A stretch of DNA of 64,000 bases from Bacteroidales bacterium UBA4788 (GCA_002402965.1 DHGW01000002.1:24771-88770); one strand, 5' to 3'; shown: positions 45,421 to 55,939, numbered from the stretch's first letter. Notes: generated by a model not told the origin, from the letters alone. Translations and numbers: made by a program.

Positions 45421-47202
45421 TTACTCTTCCGAAAACTGTCTGAGCAGTTCTCGGTACGCGGAGAAGATTCTCGATTTGGAGATAAATCCAACGTAGCGAC
45501 CTTTATCCAGCACCGGAAGGTTCCAGGCACCGGTTTGTTCGAAGGCTTCAAGCACAGCGTCTCCCCTTTCGTTAAGGTCGATATACGAAGGCGGAATGGT
45601 CATCAGGTCCCTGACAGTCAGTTTGTCATACAGGTCAGGTTTGAACATCTTGTTACGGACATCATCGAGAAGAACGACCCCTTCGAGTATACCGAACTCA
45701 TCTACCACCGGGAAGAGGTTGCGGTTTGATCTGGCTATCTGTTTGACCAGGTCGCCGAGGTTGCCCTCAGGGTTGACCGTGAGCAAGTCTTTCTCCACCT
45801 CTTTTGTCCAGTCGAGCAGCGTCATCACCGCCTTGTCCTTGTCATGTGTTATCAGTTCTCCGCTCAAAGCGAGTTGTTCATTGTATATAGAATGCTTCTG
45901 GAATGACCGTTTTGTGACAAATGCCACGGTGGATGTCATGATCAGCGGGATGAGGAGCCCGTACCCCTCTGTAATCTCAGCGATTAGGAATATTGCCGTA
46001 AGGGGGGCGTGCAGGACGGCTGCGAAGACGCCAGCCATTGCAGTGAGAGTGAAGCTGCTTTCCACCAATGCAATATCGAACAGGTGGTTCATGAGGCTGG
46101 AGAAGAAGTAGCCTGCCACTCCTCCTGTGAAGAGGACCGGTGCCACTATACCTCCCACCCCGCCGGCACCATTGGTGGAGGCTGTTGCTACCACCTTGAG
46201 CAACAGGAGACCGGCCATAAGTACTGCGAAGCCCCAGAACCCAGAGGCAATCTCACCAAACATCACAGTACCAGGGACACTGCCGCTCTCGGCATTAAGC
46301 AGAAGCATTACAGTCTCGTATCCTTCGCCGTAGAGCACAGGGTAGAAATAGATAAGAGCTCCCAGGATCAGCCCTCCGAGAATCATCCTGACCCATCTGT
46401 TTTTAATCCTGCCATAGAGTTTTTCTATCCCGATTGTCGCCCTGGTAAAGTAAAGGCCAACCAACCCGCAGAAGACTCCCAGGATAAGGTAATAGGGCAG
46501 CTCACTGAGAATGAGGCCCTGCTTCACCTGGAAGGAAAACAGCACGTTGTCGCCCATAAAGAAGAAGGCGACCGTGGCTGCCGTGACGGAGGAGATCAGT
46601 AGTGGCACTATCGATGACATCGTCAGGTCGAGCATCAGCACCTCAAGGGTGAAGAGGATTCCTCCGATGGGAGCCTTGAAGATACCGGAGATTGCACCTG
46701 CCACGCCGCACCCGAGCAGCAACGTCACGTACTTATAATTGAGTTTGAAGTACTTGGCTATATTCGATCCTATAGATGCACCGGTAAGCACTATCGGTGC
46801 CTCCGCTCCCACTGATCCGCCAAAACCTATTGTGAGTGAACTTGTGAGAATTGATGACCAGTTGTTATGTGGTTTGATATAGCTCTTTCGTCTTGAGATT
46901 GCATAAAGCACCCTGCTTATCCCGTGTGATATGTTGTCACGCACAAGGTACTTAACAGCAAGGACTGTCAGAAATATCCCGAACAGCGGGTATGCAAGTG
47001 AAAGAACTCCCCCGGCACCATGCATTACTCCCTGGGTGAAGAGAACGTGGGTAAAGTGAATGGCATTCTTCATCACCACCGCTGCCAGGGCACTGACAAG
47101 TCCGACAAGGAAACTGAGCAGGTAAATCAAGGTATTCTGCTCCGTAAGAAAAGTTTTTAGCTGTCGTATATGCCTTATAAACAGAGTCTTAAATGCAACC
47201 AC
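45421..47202 (-). CDS. ClC-family chloride channel/antiporter with C-terminal CBS pair
   Basis: GGSVGAEAPIV and GIFKAPIGG selectivity motifs, more than 10 TM helices and two CBS-like repeats at the C-terminus. No ATG precedes the first TM helix. GTG 47202 (MVAFKTLFIRHIRQLK) sits 27 nt below a TATATTTG box; the ORF-track start 47421 would overlap the divergent M16 gene. Confidence 0.75.
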   Translation of the reverse strand: MVAFKTLFIRHIRQLKTFLTEQNTLIYLLSFLVGLVSALAAVVMKNAIHFTHVLFTQGVMHGAGGVLSLAYPLFGIFLTVLAVKYLVRDNISHGISRVLYAISRRKSYIKPHNNWSSILTSSLTIGFGGSVGAEAPIVLTGASIGSNIAKYFKLNYKYVTLLLGCGVAGAISGIFKAPIGGILFTLEVLMLDLTMSSIVPLLISSVTAATVAFFFMGDNVLFSFQVKQGLILSELPYYLILGVFCGLVGLYFTRATIGIEKLYGRIKNRWVRMILGGLILGALIYFYPVLYGEGYETVMLLLNAESGSVPGTVMFGEIASGFWGFAVLMAGLLLLKVVATASTNGAGGVGGIVAPVLFTGGVAGYFFSSLMNHLFDIALVESSFTLTAMAGVFAAVLHAPLTAIFLIAEITEGYGLLIPLIMTSTVAFVTKRSFQKHSIYNEQLALSGELITHDKDKAVMTLLDWTKEVEKDLLTVNPEGNLGDLVKQIARSNRNLFPVVDEFGILEGVVLLDDVRNKMFKPDLYDKLTVRDLMTIPPSYIDLNERGDAVLEAFEQTGAWNLPVLDKGRYVGFISKSRIFSAYRELLRQFSEE

Positions 47203-47228
47203 AGTGAATTTGAATAATCTATAATTCA

Positions 47229-47236
47229 CAAATATA
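47229..47236 (-). promoter_or_regulatory. -7 promoter box (TAnnTTTG) for the ClC gene
   Basis: The minus strand reads TATATTTG. Confidence 0.35.
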
Positions 47237-47267
47237 GAATAAATTGAGGAGCAGATGTTTATTTTGG

Positions 47268-47275
47268 TAAGTTTG
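47268..47275 (+). promoter_or_regulatory. -7 promoter box (TAnnTTTG) for the M16 peptidase operon
   Basis: TAAGTTTG, 16 nt upstream of ATG 47291. Confidence 0.3.
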
Positions 47276-47290
47276 CCATATTTTGCATTT

Positions 47291-48532
47291 ATGATAAGAT
47301 TTGAACGGCACACGCTTGCCAACGGACTGAGGATGACAGTGCACCGTGATGAGGGTACACCCATGGCGACCACCGATATCCTATATGATGCCGGCGCGAG
47401 AGACGAGGACCCCGGCGCCACCGGGTTTGCTCATCTCTTTGAACACCTGATGTTCGAAGGCACACCCCGCATCCCCTTCTTCGATGTTCCCGTAATGATG
47501 GCCGGCGGAGAGAACAATGCCTTCACAAACAATGACATTACCAACTATTACATAACTTTGCCTGCCAATAACCTGGAGACTGCTTTCTGGCTTGAATCTG
47601 ACAGGATGAGGGGGCTTGACCTGCATGAAGAGAGAGTGAACAACCAGAAGAGTGTTGTCACGGAAGAATTCAGGCAGCGGTATCTTAACCAGCCTTACGG
47701 CGACCTGCTGTTGCTGCTGAGGCCCCTGGCCTACCGGATTCACCCTTACAGGTGGTCTGCCATTGGCATGGATATCAGTCACATTGAAAGGGCAGACAGT
47801 GCCTCGGCAAGGCGGTTTTATGACAGGTTCTACACTCCGTCCAACGCGATCCTGAGTGTTGCCGGCAATGTTGATCCGGATAAGGTGTTTACTCTGGCAG
47901 AGAAATGGTTTGGAGAGATTCCCGCTGGAGTGAAACATAGCAGGAGCCTGCCTGTGGAGCCGGAGCAGGATGAGCGCCGTGAGCTAACAGTGCACCGTCC
48001 GGTCCCGTCCGCTCACCTGACAATGGCCTTTCATACCGGTGCAAGGATTAGCCGCGACTTCTACGTTCTTGATCTTCTGACAGATATCCTTGCCGGCTGT
48101 GACTCTGCGCGTTTTCCCTCAATACTGGTAAGAAAGAAGGAGCTATTCAGCGATGCCGACATTTATATCTCAGGCGAAGCCGATCCCGGACTCGTTATCT
48201 TCAGTGGCAGACTGAAGGACGGTGTTGACATCAGGAAGGCGGAGGAGGCGGTAACTGACGAACTGAGGAGGGTTGCAGACGACCGCGTCTCCGTCGCCGA
48301 GCTTGAGAAAGCACGAAACAGGTACGAGTCGCACCGCCTGATGTCATACATGAATGCTGCCAACAAGGCGTTCAACCTGGCCTATCACGAGGTGCTCGGT
48401 GATGCTGCAGGCATCAATACCGAGAAGGAACAATACATGAGCGTGACGGAGGAGGAGATTACCGCTGCCTCACAACTCACCTTCAGGCCTGAGAACTGCA
48501 GTGTGATACATTACCTACCGGAGAAGAGATGA
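47291..48532 (+). CDS. M16 (pitrilysin) family zinc peptidase, active subunit
   Basis: Inverted zinc motif HLFEHLMFEG (HxxEH). The start at ATG 47291 (MIRFERHTLANGL) is typical of the family. Confidence 0.85.
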   Translation: MIRFERHTLANGLRMTVHRDEGTPMATTDILYDAGARDEDPGATGFAHLFEHLMFEGTPRIPFFDVPVMMAGGENNAFTNNDITNYYITLPANNLETAFWLESDRMRGLDLHEERVNNQKSVVTEEFRQRYLNQPYGDLLLLLRPLAYRIHPYRWSAIGMDISHIERADSASARRFYDRFYTPSNAILSVAGNVDPDKVFTLAEKWFGEIPAGVKHSRSLPVEPEQDERRELTVHRPVPSAHLTMAFHTGARISRDFYVLDLLTDILAGCDSARFPSILVRKKELFSDADIYISGEADPGLVIFSGRLKDGVDIRKAEEAVTDELRRVADDRVSVAELEKARNRYESHRLMSYMNAANKAFNLAYHEVLGDAAGINTEKEQYMSVTEEEITAASQLTFRPENCSVIHYLPEKR

Positions 48533-49815
48533 AAGTGACAGACGGATACAGAGTACCTGAGATCATAACCCCCTCGGCCGGAGACACCTCCTTTCCCGCG
48601 ATGGTAAGACTTGGGAATGGCGTGCCGGTCTACTTTGTAGGCAATGGTACGGTTGACATTATGAGGATCGAGTTTGTCTTCCGGGCCGGACAGGTGATGG
48701 AGGATGTGCACCTTGCTGCCTCGTCAGCCAACGCCATGCTCACCGAGGGCACCATGAGCCATGACGCTGCAACCATAAATGACCTTATTGACAGCACGGG
48801 GGCAGCGCTGAGCCATACTGCTGACAAGGAGACTGCAGGGCTGGTGACGGTGACGCTGACAAGGAAGCTGGATGAGGTAATGGCTCTGGCCGCGGAAGTG
48901 CTTTTTCGTCCCTCCTTCCCCGATAATGAGTTCCGGATGCTGACGGATAAAAGAGTGCAGGCATTCCTCACGGGGCGACAGAGGACGTCAGTAATCGCCA
49001 GGGAGGCTTTTTATGAGTCGCTCTGCGGTGCCATGAATCCTTACGGCCGGATTACCAGTGAGAACGATTACCGGTCCCTGACCACCGGCGATTTGCGTAC
49101 CTTTCATGAAAAGCATTACAGGACCGGAAACATGTATATCACTGTGGCGGGTATGGAACCAGAACGGGCACTTCCCTTCATCGATAAGCATTTCAGTGAA
49201 AAGGTCAGAGAGGGGTGGATCCGGCCCGAAGTGCCACCATTGAGTTATGAGACTGCAAAGCCCGGAACGATTTTCCGTGAGATTACCAACTCCGTTCAGA
49301 GTACAGTAAGGATTGGCTGGAAGGGAATCACCCGAAACAATCCCGATTACCAGGGACTCCAGGTTGCGACCATGATCCTGGGAGGCTACTTCGGATCAAG
49401 GCTTATGCGTAAGATCAGGGAAGAAAAGGGTTACACCTACGGCATCCAGGCTGTTGCGGGAGCCTTCAGGAGCTTAGGTTACATTACAATCATGACCGAC
49501 GTTGCCAATGAATACCGCGATGCCACCCTGAGCGAGATAAGGAAGGAGATTGATAAGCTCCGGAAGGAGGAGGTGAGCAGCGAAGAGATGGCTTTGGTAA
49601 GAAATCATCTCATGGGTGAGATCGCCCGCATGTTTGACGGTCCTTTCTCTGTCGCCGAGGCAATAAGGGGTGTCATTGACTATGAGGCCGGGGAGGACTA
49701 CTACACCCGGTTTGCAGAGACAGTGAAAACGATCACCCCGGTCAAAATAAAGGAGCTCTTCAGCACGTATTTCAATATTGATGAAGCATTTGAGATCATA
49801 GCCGGCGCCCGATGA
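48529..49815 (+). CDS. M16 family peptidase-like, non-catalytic partner
   Basis: M16 fold length and blocks, but no HxxEH. ATGA-coupled to the upstream M16 gene. Confidence 0.8.
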   Translation: MKVTDGYRVPEIITPSAGDTSFPAMVRLGNGVPVYFVGNGTVDIMRIEFVFRAGQVMEDVHLAASSANAMLTEGTMSHDAATINDLIDSTGAALSHTADKETAGLVTVTLTRKLDEVMALAAEVLFRPSFPDNEFRMLTDKRVQAFLTGRQRTSVIAREAFYESLCGAMNPYGRITSENDYRSLTTGDLRTFHEKHYRTGNMYITVAGMEPERALPFIDKHFSEKVREGWIRPEVPPLSYETAKPGTIFREITNSVQSTVRIGWKGITRNNPDYQGLQVATMILGGYFGSRLMRKIREEKGYTYGIQAVAGAFRSLGYITIMTDVANEYRDATLSEIRKEIDKLRKEEVSSEEMALVRNHLMGEIARMFDGPFSVAEAIRGVIDYEAGEDYYTRFAETVKTITPVKIKELFSTYFNIDEAFEIIAGAR

Positions 49816-51275
49816 AGCTGCTCAGACAGATTGCGATGATGTTCCTGACAGTAGTTTTATCCGGTACCCTGTCAGGCCAGGATGAAATACGACCTCTTTC
49901 ACCAGTTCTTGATATGGTCACCGTTGATCCGGCAACAGGCTTTGCTACGCTGCGGTGGATCCCGTCCACGTCACCGGATGTGGGCAGCTACGTGGTCTAC
50001 ATAGATGAGGGAGCAACTGCACCGGCAATTGACACCATCCGTTCACCCTTCATCACCGAATATACGCACACTGCATCAGCCGCAAGGTACAGGAGTGTCA
50101 CATACGTTGTAGCAGCAATCGATTCATCCCTGAATGTCAGTCCCCTGAGCAATCCCCTGAGTACCGTCTGGCTCCTGGCCGTAAACGACGCATGCAACGG
50201 TAAGATCACCGTCACATGGACACCCTACGCAAATCAGCGTCATCCTGCTACAAGCCAGGTGCTTCACATCACGTCAGGATCGGGATCTTTTATTTCCGAC
50301 CAGAACTTGCAACCGTCTGAGGAATCATACTCTTTCACCGGTTATGAACCTGATACTGAGTATTGTTTCCATGTCACTGCCAACGACGGCAGCGGGTCAC
50401 TCTCGTCTTCCAACAGGGCTTGTGTCACCACTGGAAGCGAGGCAGCACCGTCATGGATCAGCATTGATGCCATAGCCGTTGAGGGAGGCGGGATAACAGC
50501 CTCGGCCGGTTATGATCAGGCCTCGGACATGGTTAATTACCGTCTGCTTCGCTATAATCCGGTCATCTCCCTGTGGGAGCAGGCGGCCTCTGCCACAGGT
50601 GCGGCCGGGAGGGTTCTTTTCACTGTGCCATCAGCTGACACTGCAACTGTCCGGCTATACAGGGTTGCGGCCGTCAACAGTTGCGGCCTGGATGCGACAC
50701 TGTCAGAGCCGGCACGAAATATACTCCTGGAAGCAGCCTCTACCGGGATTCGCATCGAACTGCAATGGAACAGGCCTCTTCCAGGCGGGGCAGAGCTCTA
50801 CTCGGTATGGCGTAACGCAGGAGAGGGTATGCAGGAGGTTGCCCAGGCACTCACTGACACCGTCTGGTCGGAAGAGTACGCAACAGTCGCCATGGACATG
50901 TCTGCTTCTGCAGTGATTTACCGAGTTACAGCATCGGATCCTTCCTTGCCCCCGGGAACACCCTTCCACCGTTCCTCAGCAGCAAGTATAGAGGGCACTG
51001 ATAACGTCTATATGCCCAATGCATTCACTCCAGGCAGAGGCGGCGAGAACGCCTTCTTCAGGCCTGAATTCGCCTTCATCCCCGGAGAATATGATTTCCG
51101 TGTCTATTCACGGAACGGACTATTGCTCTTCAGCACCACTGACCATGGTGAAGGATGGGATGGAAGGTACAACGGTACACCGATGCCTTCAGGAGTGTAC
51201 CTGTGGAGTCTAAGGATCATGGCACCGTCGGGTCGCAGGGTGATAAGGAACGGTACGGTAACTATACTACCATGA
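49812..51275 (+). CDS. secreted FN3-like repeat protein with T9SS type-B (gliding-motility-associated) C-terminal sorting domain
   Basis: Signal peptide and repeated beta-rich modules (..LRWIPSTSPDVGSYVVY.., ..ITVTWTPY.., ..IELQWNRP..). The C-terminal NVYMPNAFTPGRGGENAFFRPEF...WDGRYNGTPMPSGVYLW matches the type-B CTD consensus (PNAFTPNGDG..N..F). Confidence 0.75.
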   Translation: MKLLRQIAMMFLTVVLSGTLSGQDEIRPLSPVLDMVTVDPATGFATLRWIPSTSPDVGSYVVYIDEGATAPAIDTIRSPFITEYTHTASAARYRSVTYVVAAIDSSLNVSPLSNPLSTVWLLAVNDACNGKITVTWTPYANQRHPATSQVLHITSGSGSFISDQNLQPSEESYSFTGYEPDTEYCFHVTANDGSGSLSSSNRACVTTGSEAAPSWISIDAIAVEGGGITASAGYDQASDMVNYRLLRYNPVISLWEQAASATGAAGRVLFTVPSADTATVRLYRVAAVNSCGLDATLSEPARNILLEAASTGIRIELQWNRPLPGGAELYSVWRNAGEGMQEVAQALTDTVWSEEYATVAMDMSASAVIYRVTASDPSLPPGTPFHRSSAASIEGTDNVYMPNAFTPGRGGENAFFRPEFAFIPGEYDFRVYSRNGLLLFSTTDHGEGWDGRYNGTPMPSGVYLWSLRIMAPSGRRVIRNGTVTILP

Positions 51276-51336
51276 GAGCCGGAATTAGAATGACCCGATT
51301 TTCGTATCTTTGTCACTCCTATGCAGGTTATTACCG

Positions 51337-53598
51337 ATGGTAAAAACTAAGACGAAAATATTCACCCCGGAAGATATCAGCCGCATTGAATCAGAGTACA
51401 GCCTGCTCACTGACAACCTGTACAGGTGTGACAAAGCAGGAGACAGGGAACTGATTGACAAGGCCTTCAGGTTTGCCAACGAAGCACACCGGGATATGTA
51501 CCGCAATTCCGGCGAGCCCTACATCATTCACCCGATAAACGTAGCACGGATTGTTAACCAGGAGATTGGTCTCGGTTCCAAGTCAGTTGCTGCTGCCCTC
51601 CTGCACGACGTGGTTGAGGATACCGGCATACCGTTGGAGGAGATTACCAAACAGTTCGGGCCAAAGATTGCCTCCCTGATTGACGGACTGACGAAGATCT
51701 CAGGTACGTACAACCAGGAGACCAACTCGCTGCAGGCAGAGAATTTCCGCAAGATGCTCATGACCCTTTCTGACGATTTCAGGGTCATTCTCATAAAGAT
51801 AGCTGACAGGCTTCACAACATGCGCACTCTGGACTCGATGCCAGAGCACAAGCGGATGAAGATAGCAGGTGAGACGACATATCTTTATGCACCACTGGCT
51901 CACCGCCTGGGACTCTTTGCCATCAAGACGGAGCTTGAAGACCTTAGCTTCAAGTTCAGGCATCCCCGCATCTATGATGAGATCGCCCGCAAGGTCAAGA
52001 TGGATGAAAAGAAGAACCTTGCGCTCATAAACAGGTTCAGTCTGCCAATAATTGAGGAGCTCAACAACAACAATATCATTTTTGACATATCCGGCCGCTT
52101 CAAGTCGATCTATTCTATCTGGAAGAAGATGCAGACGAAGAACGTCCCCTTTGAGGAGGTTTATGATCTCCTGGCGGTAAGGATTGTATTCGAGCCCGGC
52201 CCGGAGATGAGTGAGAGGGCTCAGTGCTGGCAGATATATTCGCTTATCACTGACATTTACACGCCCAAGCCTGACAGGCTCCGTGACTGGATCAGCAGGC
52301 CCAAACCAAACGGATATGAAGCTCTGCACCTTACGGTAATGGGGCCAGAGGGACGCTGGGTTGAGGTTCAGATACGAAGTCAGCGTATGGATGACATCGC
52401 TGAGAGAGGATTTGCAGCACACTGGAAGTACAAGGGAGACACCTCGCAGACGGAGAATGAACTGGACAAGTGGCTGAAACACATCAGGGAGATGCTTGCC
52501 AACCCGATGTCTGATCCTCTCACTTTCCTTGACGAGTTCAAGATGAGTCTCTTCTCATCCGAAATAATGGTCTTCACTCCCAAGGGGTTGCTTGTCAACC
52601 TCCCCAAGGGAGCCTCGGCACTGGACTTCGCCTACGAGATTCATACTGACATCGGAAATCATGCCATTGGTGCCAAGGTAAACTATAAGCTCTCTCCTCT
52701 CTCGACGACGCTGCAAAGCGGTGACCAGGTTGAAATAATTACATCAAACATAGCCAGGCCCGAGAAGGAATGGCTTGATTATGCGCATACTCCGAAGGCG
52801 AAGAATGCAATAAAGGATGCCCTGCGGGACCAGTCGACTGACCGGATCCAGAAAGGAATGGAGATGCTCGAGAAGAGGCTGAGTGAACTTGGCATTCTCC
52901 CGAACTCTGACATCATCAAGAAGATGCTCGACAACTACGAGCTCCTCAACAAGGATGAGCTTTATTCACGTATCGGGCTGGGGCTGATAAACCTGGATGA
53001 ACTGCGCAAAATACTGAAGAAGGCACCAGAAGGGAGCCTCCGTAAATACTGGAGACTGGCCATTGGAGGTGTGACACGCATAGGCTCAGGGACCAGGGAG
53101 ACTCCTTCCCTTCCTGAAATGATAGACAAGAATCACCCTTATCTTCTGCGAGAAAATGTTGACAATACAGGCAACTCATATGTCATAGCCAGCTGTTGTC
53201 AGCCTATTCCGGGTGATGAGGTTGTCGGCTATCTTGATCACTCCAACTCGATTATTGTTCACAAGCCCAAATGCCCTGCGGCGGTCAAGCTTATGTCAAG
53301 CGAAGGCAACAGGATCATTCAGGTCAGGTGGACCATTCACAAGCTTGCCTCCTTCCTGGCAAGAATAAGCATCAACGGTATTGACAGGATGGCTCTTGTG
53401 AGCGAGGTGACCACCATTATCTCCAAGGAATTGAATGTCAACATACGCAACATCAACGTATCAGTCTATGACGGCATCTTCGAGGGTACCATTGACCTGT
53501 ACGTCCATCACACGCGTGACCTCAACAACCTTATCATGCAGCTCTCGAACATTAAGGGTATTGCCAGTGTGAAGAGGATTGAGGAATTCATAGAATAA
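51337..53598 (+). CDS. bifunctional RelA/SpoT-homologue (p)ppGpp synthetase/hydrolase
   Basis: HD hydrolase block (HPINVA...LLHDVVEDT), the synthetase block (YSIWKKM..., DLLAVRIV, GYEALHLTV) and TGS and ACT-like C-terminal domains. The first plausible ATG is 51337 (MVKTKTKIF); the ORF-track start is 51310. Confidence 0.9.
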   Translation: MVKTKTKIFTPEDISRIESEYSLLTDNLYRCDKAGDRELIDKAFRFANEAHRDMYRNSGEPYIIHPINVARIVNQEIGLGSKSVAAALLHDVVEDTGIPLEEITKQFGPKIASLIDGLTKISGTYNQETNSLQAENFRKMLMTLSDDFRVILIKIADRLHNMRTLDSMPEHKRMKIAGETTYLYAPLAHRLGLFAIKTELEDLSFKFRHPRIYDEIARKVKMDEKKNLALINRFSLPIIEELNNNNIIFDISGRFKSIYSIWKKMQTKNVPFEEVYDLLAVRIVFEPGPEMSERAQCWQIYSLITDIYTPKPDRLRDWISRPKPNGYEALHLTVMGPEGRWVEVQIRSQRMDDIAERGFAAHWKYKGDTSQTENELDKWLKHIREMLANPMSDPLTFLDEFKMSLFSSEIMVFTPKGLLVNLPKGASALDFAYEIHTDIGNHAIGAKVNYKLSPLSTTLQSGDQVEIITSNIARPEKEWLDYAHTPKAKNAIKDALRDQSTDRIQKGMEMLEKRLSELGILPNSDIIKKMLDNYELLNKDELYSRIGLGLINLDELRKILKKAPEGSLRKYWRLAIGGVTRIGSGTRETPSLPEMIDKNHPYLLRENVDNTGNSYVIASCCQPIPGDEVVGYLDHSNSIIVHKPKCPAAVKLMSSEGNRIIQVRWTIHKLASFLARISINGIDRMALVSEVTTIISKELNVNIRNINVSVYDGIFEGTIDLYVHHTRDLNNLIMQLSNIKGIASVKRIEEFIE

Positions 53599-53629
53599 GA
53601 ATTAGTTACAAGGTTAAGGAGGAGCGTAA

Positions 53630-54076
53630 ATGTCAAACGATGATGCAAGGTCGGTGGTCAGGCAGGTCTTCACGGAATACCTGGCTTCTCATTCCCTGAG
53701 GAAAACACCTGAGCGGTATGCCATCCTGGACGAAATCTATTCGAGAGAGGGGCACTTCGATATTGAATCGCTTTTCGACTTTATGAAGAACAAGAATTAT
53801 CGCGTTTCGAGGGCTACACTCTACAACACCATTGATCTGCTGATCGACTGCAAGCTGGTTACCAGGCACAAGTTCGGCCGGAACCAGGCTCAGTATGAAA
53901 GGACTTACCGTACCGGGCAGCATGATCATCTGATTGACACCCGGTCAGGTAAAGTGATTGAGTTCAGTGATCCGCGGATAAATGACATAATAAGGAGCGC
54001 ATGCGAGGAGAACTCTTTCGTGCCGCATCATTATGCGTTGTATGTCTACGGCATCCAGGAAAAGGACCGTGGGTGA
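53630..54076 (+). CDS. fur: Fur-family transcriptional regulator
   Basis: 148 aa. Winged-helix N-terminus ([39 protein letters not shown]) and the HDHLID metal-site region. Confidence 0.8.
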   Translation: MSNDDARSVVRQVFTEYLASHSLRKTPERYAILDEIYSREGHFDIESLFDFMKNKNYRVSRATLYNTIDLLIDCKLVTRHKFGRNQAQYERTYRTGQHDHLIDTRSGKVIEFSDPRINDIIRSACEENSFVPHHYALYVYGIQEKDRG

Positions 54077-54205
54077 AAAGGATGTAACCCGGGACCGTTT
54101 ATCAGGCTTTCCCCTATTTTTTAACAATCGCTGTTTTCATGCCGCTGAGGAGGATTTTTTTCGTAAATTCGAACCTGATTTTGTCTAATCAGGAATTTCT
54201 GCCTA

Positions 54206-55468
54206 ATGAAGATTGACATTTTGCTGGGCCTCCAATGGGGAGATGAGGGTAAGGGAAAAATTGTGGATGCTTTAACCCCTCAGTATGACATCGTCGCGAG
54301 GTTCCAGGGCGGACCAAACGCCGGACACACTATTGAGTTTCACGGGGCGAAGCATGTGCTTCACCTGATTCCCTCAGGGATCTTTCATGAAGATAAGATC
54401 AACATTATTGGTAATGGTCTGGTGGTTGACCCTGTTGTTTTCCGCCGCGAGGTTGAGAGTCTTGGAATAGATATTGCCATGGTTCGGGAGAGGCTGCTCA
54501 TCTCTCTGAAAGCGCACCTGATCATGCCCACTCACAAGCTTCTGGATGCCGCCCATGAGACCTCGCTTGGTGATGCAAAGATAGGCTCCACCCTCAGGGG
54601 GATTGGTCCGGCATACACTGACAAGGCCTCGCGCAACGGACTGAGGGTAGGTGATCTTTTCAGAAAGGATTTCAGGGAGATTTACCGTTCGCGTGTGAAC
54701 GAACACCTGAGGATGCTGCAGGGTTACGGCTACAGCAATGATCTCAAGGTCCTGGAGGAGGAGTGGTTTGAATCGGTGGATTTTCTCAGAGGGTTCACTA
54801 CCGTCAATGCAGACTATCATATTGACATGGCACTTCAGGCTGGCAAACGGGTGCTTGCAGAGGGCGCACAGGGTACGATGCTTGACATCGATTTCGGCAC
54901 ATATCCCTTTGTCACTTCCTCGAATACCGTGGCAGCCGGTGCCTGCACTGGTTTAGGGGTAGCGCCCGGGCGGACCGGTGAGGTGTTTGGAATCTTCAAG
55001 GCCTATTGCACCAGGGTGGGCAGCGGACCCTTCCCAACAGAGCTTGATGATGCTGACGGTCAGCTGATGCGTGACAGGGGCAACGAATACGGAGCCACCA
55101 CGGGCCGGTCGCGCCGCTGCGGATGGCTTGACCTGCCGGCTCTGAAATATGCCATCATGGTCAACGGTGTGACCAGGCTCTTCATGATGAAGGCCGATGT
55201 GCTTTCAGGGTTCAGCGAAGTCAGAATCTGCAAATCATATACTGTCGGCGGGAAGGAGCAGACGGAACTGCCCTATTGCCTATATGACATAGAAGGACTC
55301 AACTACCTTACTTTCAAAGGATGGCAGTGTGATATCACAGGGTGCCGCAGCTGGGATGAACTGCCCGCTGAACTGAAGGAGTATATCCAATACATTGAAA
55401 AGGAGACCGGAGTTCCCGTCACAATTGTCTCAGTGGGGCCTGACAGATCGGCCACAATCTACAGGTAA
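54206..55468 (+). CDS. purA: adenylosuccinate synthetase
   Basis: GLQWGDEGKGKIVD P-loop, GPNAGHT, GIGPAY and TTGRSRRCGWLD. Confidence 0.95.
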   Translation: MKIDILLGLQWGDEGKGKIVDALTPQYDIVARFQGGPNAGHTIEFHGAKHVLHLIPSGIFHEDKINIIGNGLVVDPVVFRREVESLGIDIAMVRERLLISLKAHLIMPTHKLLDAAHETSLGDAKIGSTLRGIGPAYTDKASRNGLRVGDLFRKDFREIYRSRVNEHLRMLQGYGYSNDLKVLEEEWFESVDFLRGFTTVNADYHIDMALQAGKRVLAEGAQGTMLDIDFGTYPFVTSSNTVAAGACTGLGVAPGRTGEVFGIFKAYCTRVGSGPFPTELDDADGQLMRDRGNEYGATTGRSRRCGWLDLPALKYAIMVNGVTRLFMMKADVLSGFSEVRICKSYTVGGKEQTELPYCLYDIEGLNYLTFKGWQCDITGCRSWDELPAELKEYIQYIEKETGVPVTIVSVGPDRSATIYR

Positions 55469-55471
55469 ACG

Positions 55472-55939
55472 TCAGTTTTTCCTGAAGACCCAGGCTTCTC
55501 CGTTTATCCTGTCCTGGATACTTCCAAGCGAATTCCATGCAGCATGCAGGTCTGGAAATGAACGGGCAGATACCAGTTGCCATTTCCCGCCGTTCATGTC
55601 AATAATCTGCGCATCATAACCAAGGCCTTTGATATGCTCGAGCCATGCATCTGCATATGAAGGAGTAAGAAAGCTGCCAACGATCACATGGTAGCCCGTC
55701 ATCACCCTTGTCTGTTCTTCAGCCTCGCTGGCAAGCTCAGCCTGGCGGGCCCGTTCGACCTCAGCCTGCTTCTCGTTGACAACCCTGATTGAGTCGGCAA
55801 TGCGGAATGCCTCCTGCTGCTGCCTGAGTGCTTCAGCCTCCCTGGTCTTCTTCCCGAAAGGATTGATGCTTTTCATGAAATCACATGATGGAGTCAACAG
55901 CAGAACAACTGCAAGGAACACAAGTGATAGTCTCTTCAT
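55472..55939 (-). CDS. SPOR-domain lipoprotein
   Basis: MKRLSLVFLAVVLLLTPSCDF (lipobox), a charged coiled linker and a C-terminal SPOR-like GYHVIVGSFLTPSYADAWLEHIKGLGYDAQII. ATG 55939, not the ORF-track 56026. Confidence 0.7.
   Translation of the reverse strand: MKRLSLVFLAVVLLLTPSCDFMKSINPFGKKTREAEALRQQQEAFRIADSIRVVNEKQAEVERARQAELASEAEEQTRVMTGYHVIVGSFLTPSYADAWLEHIKGLGYDAQIIDMNGGKWQLVSARSFPDLHAAWNSLGSIQDRINGEAWVFRKN

Noticed and set aside
51700-52482. 260-aa minus-strand ORF.
   Set aside because: It lies entirely antisense to the catalytic core of the RelA/SpoT homologue and has no independent support. The same reasoning applies to the other long antisense ORFs: 23065..23682, 37300..37731, 38230..38649, 47381..47938, 58984..59508, 15714..16208, 1615..2139 and 22485..22913.
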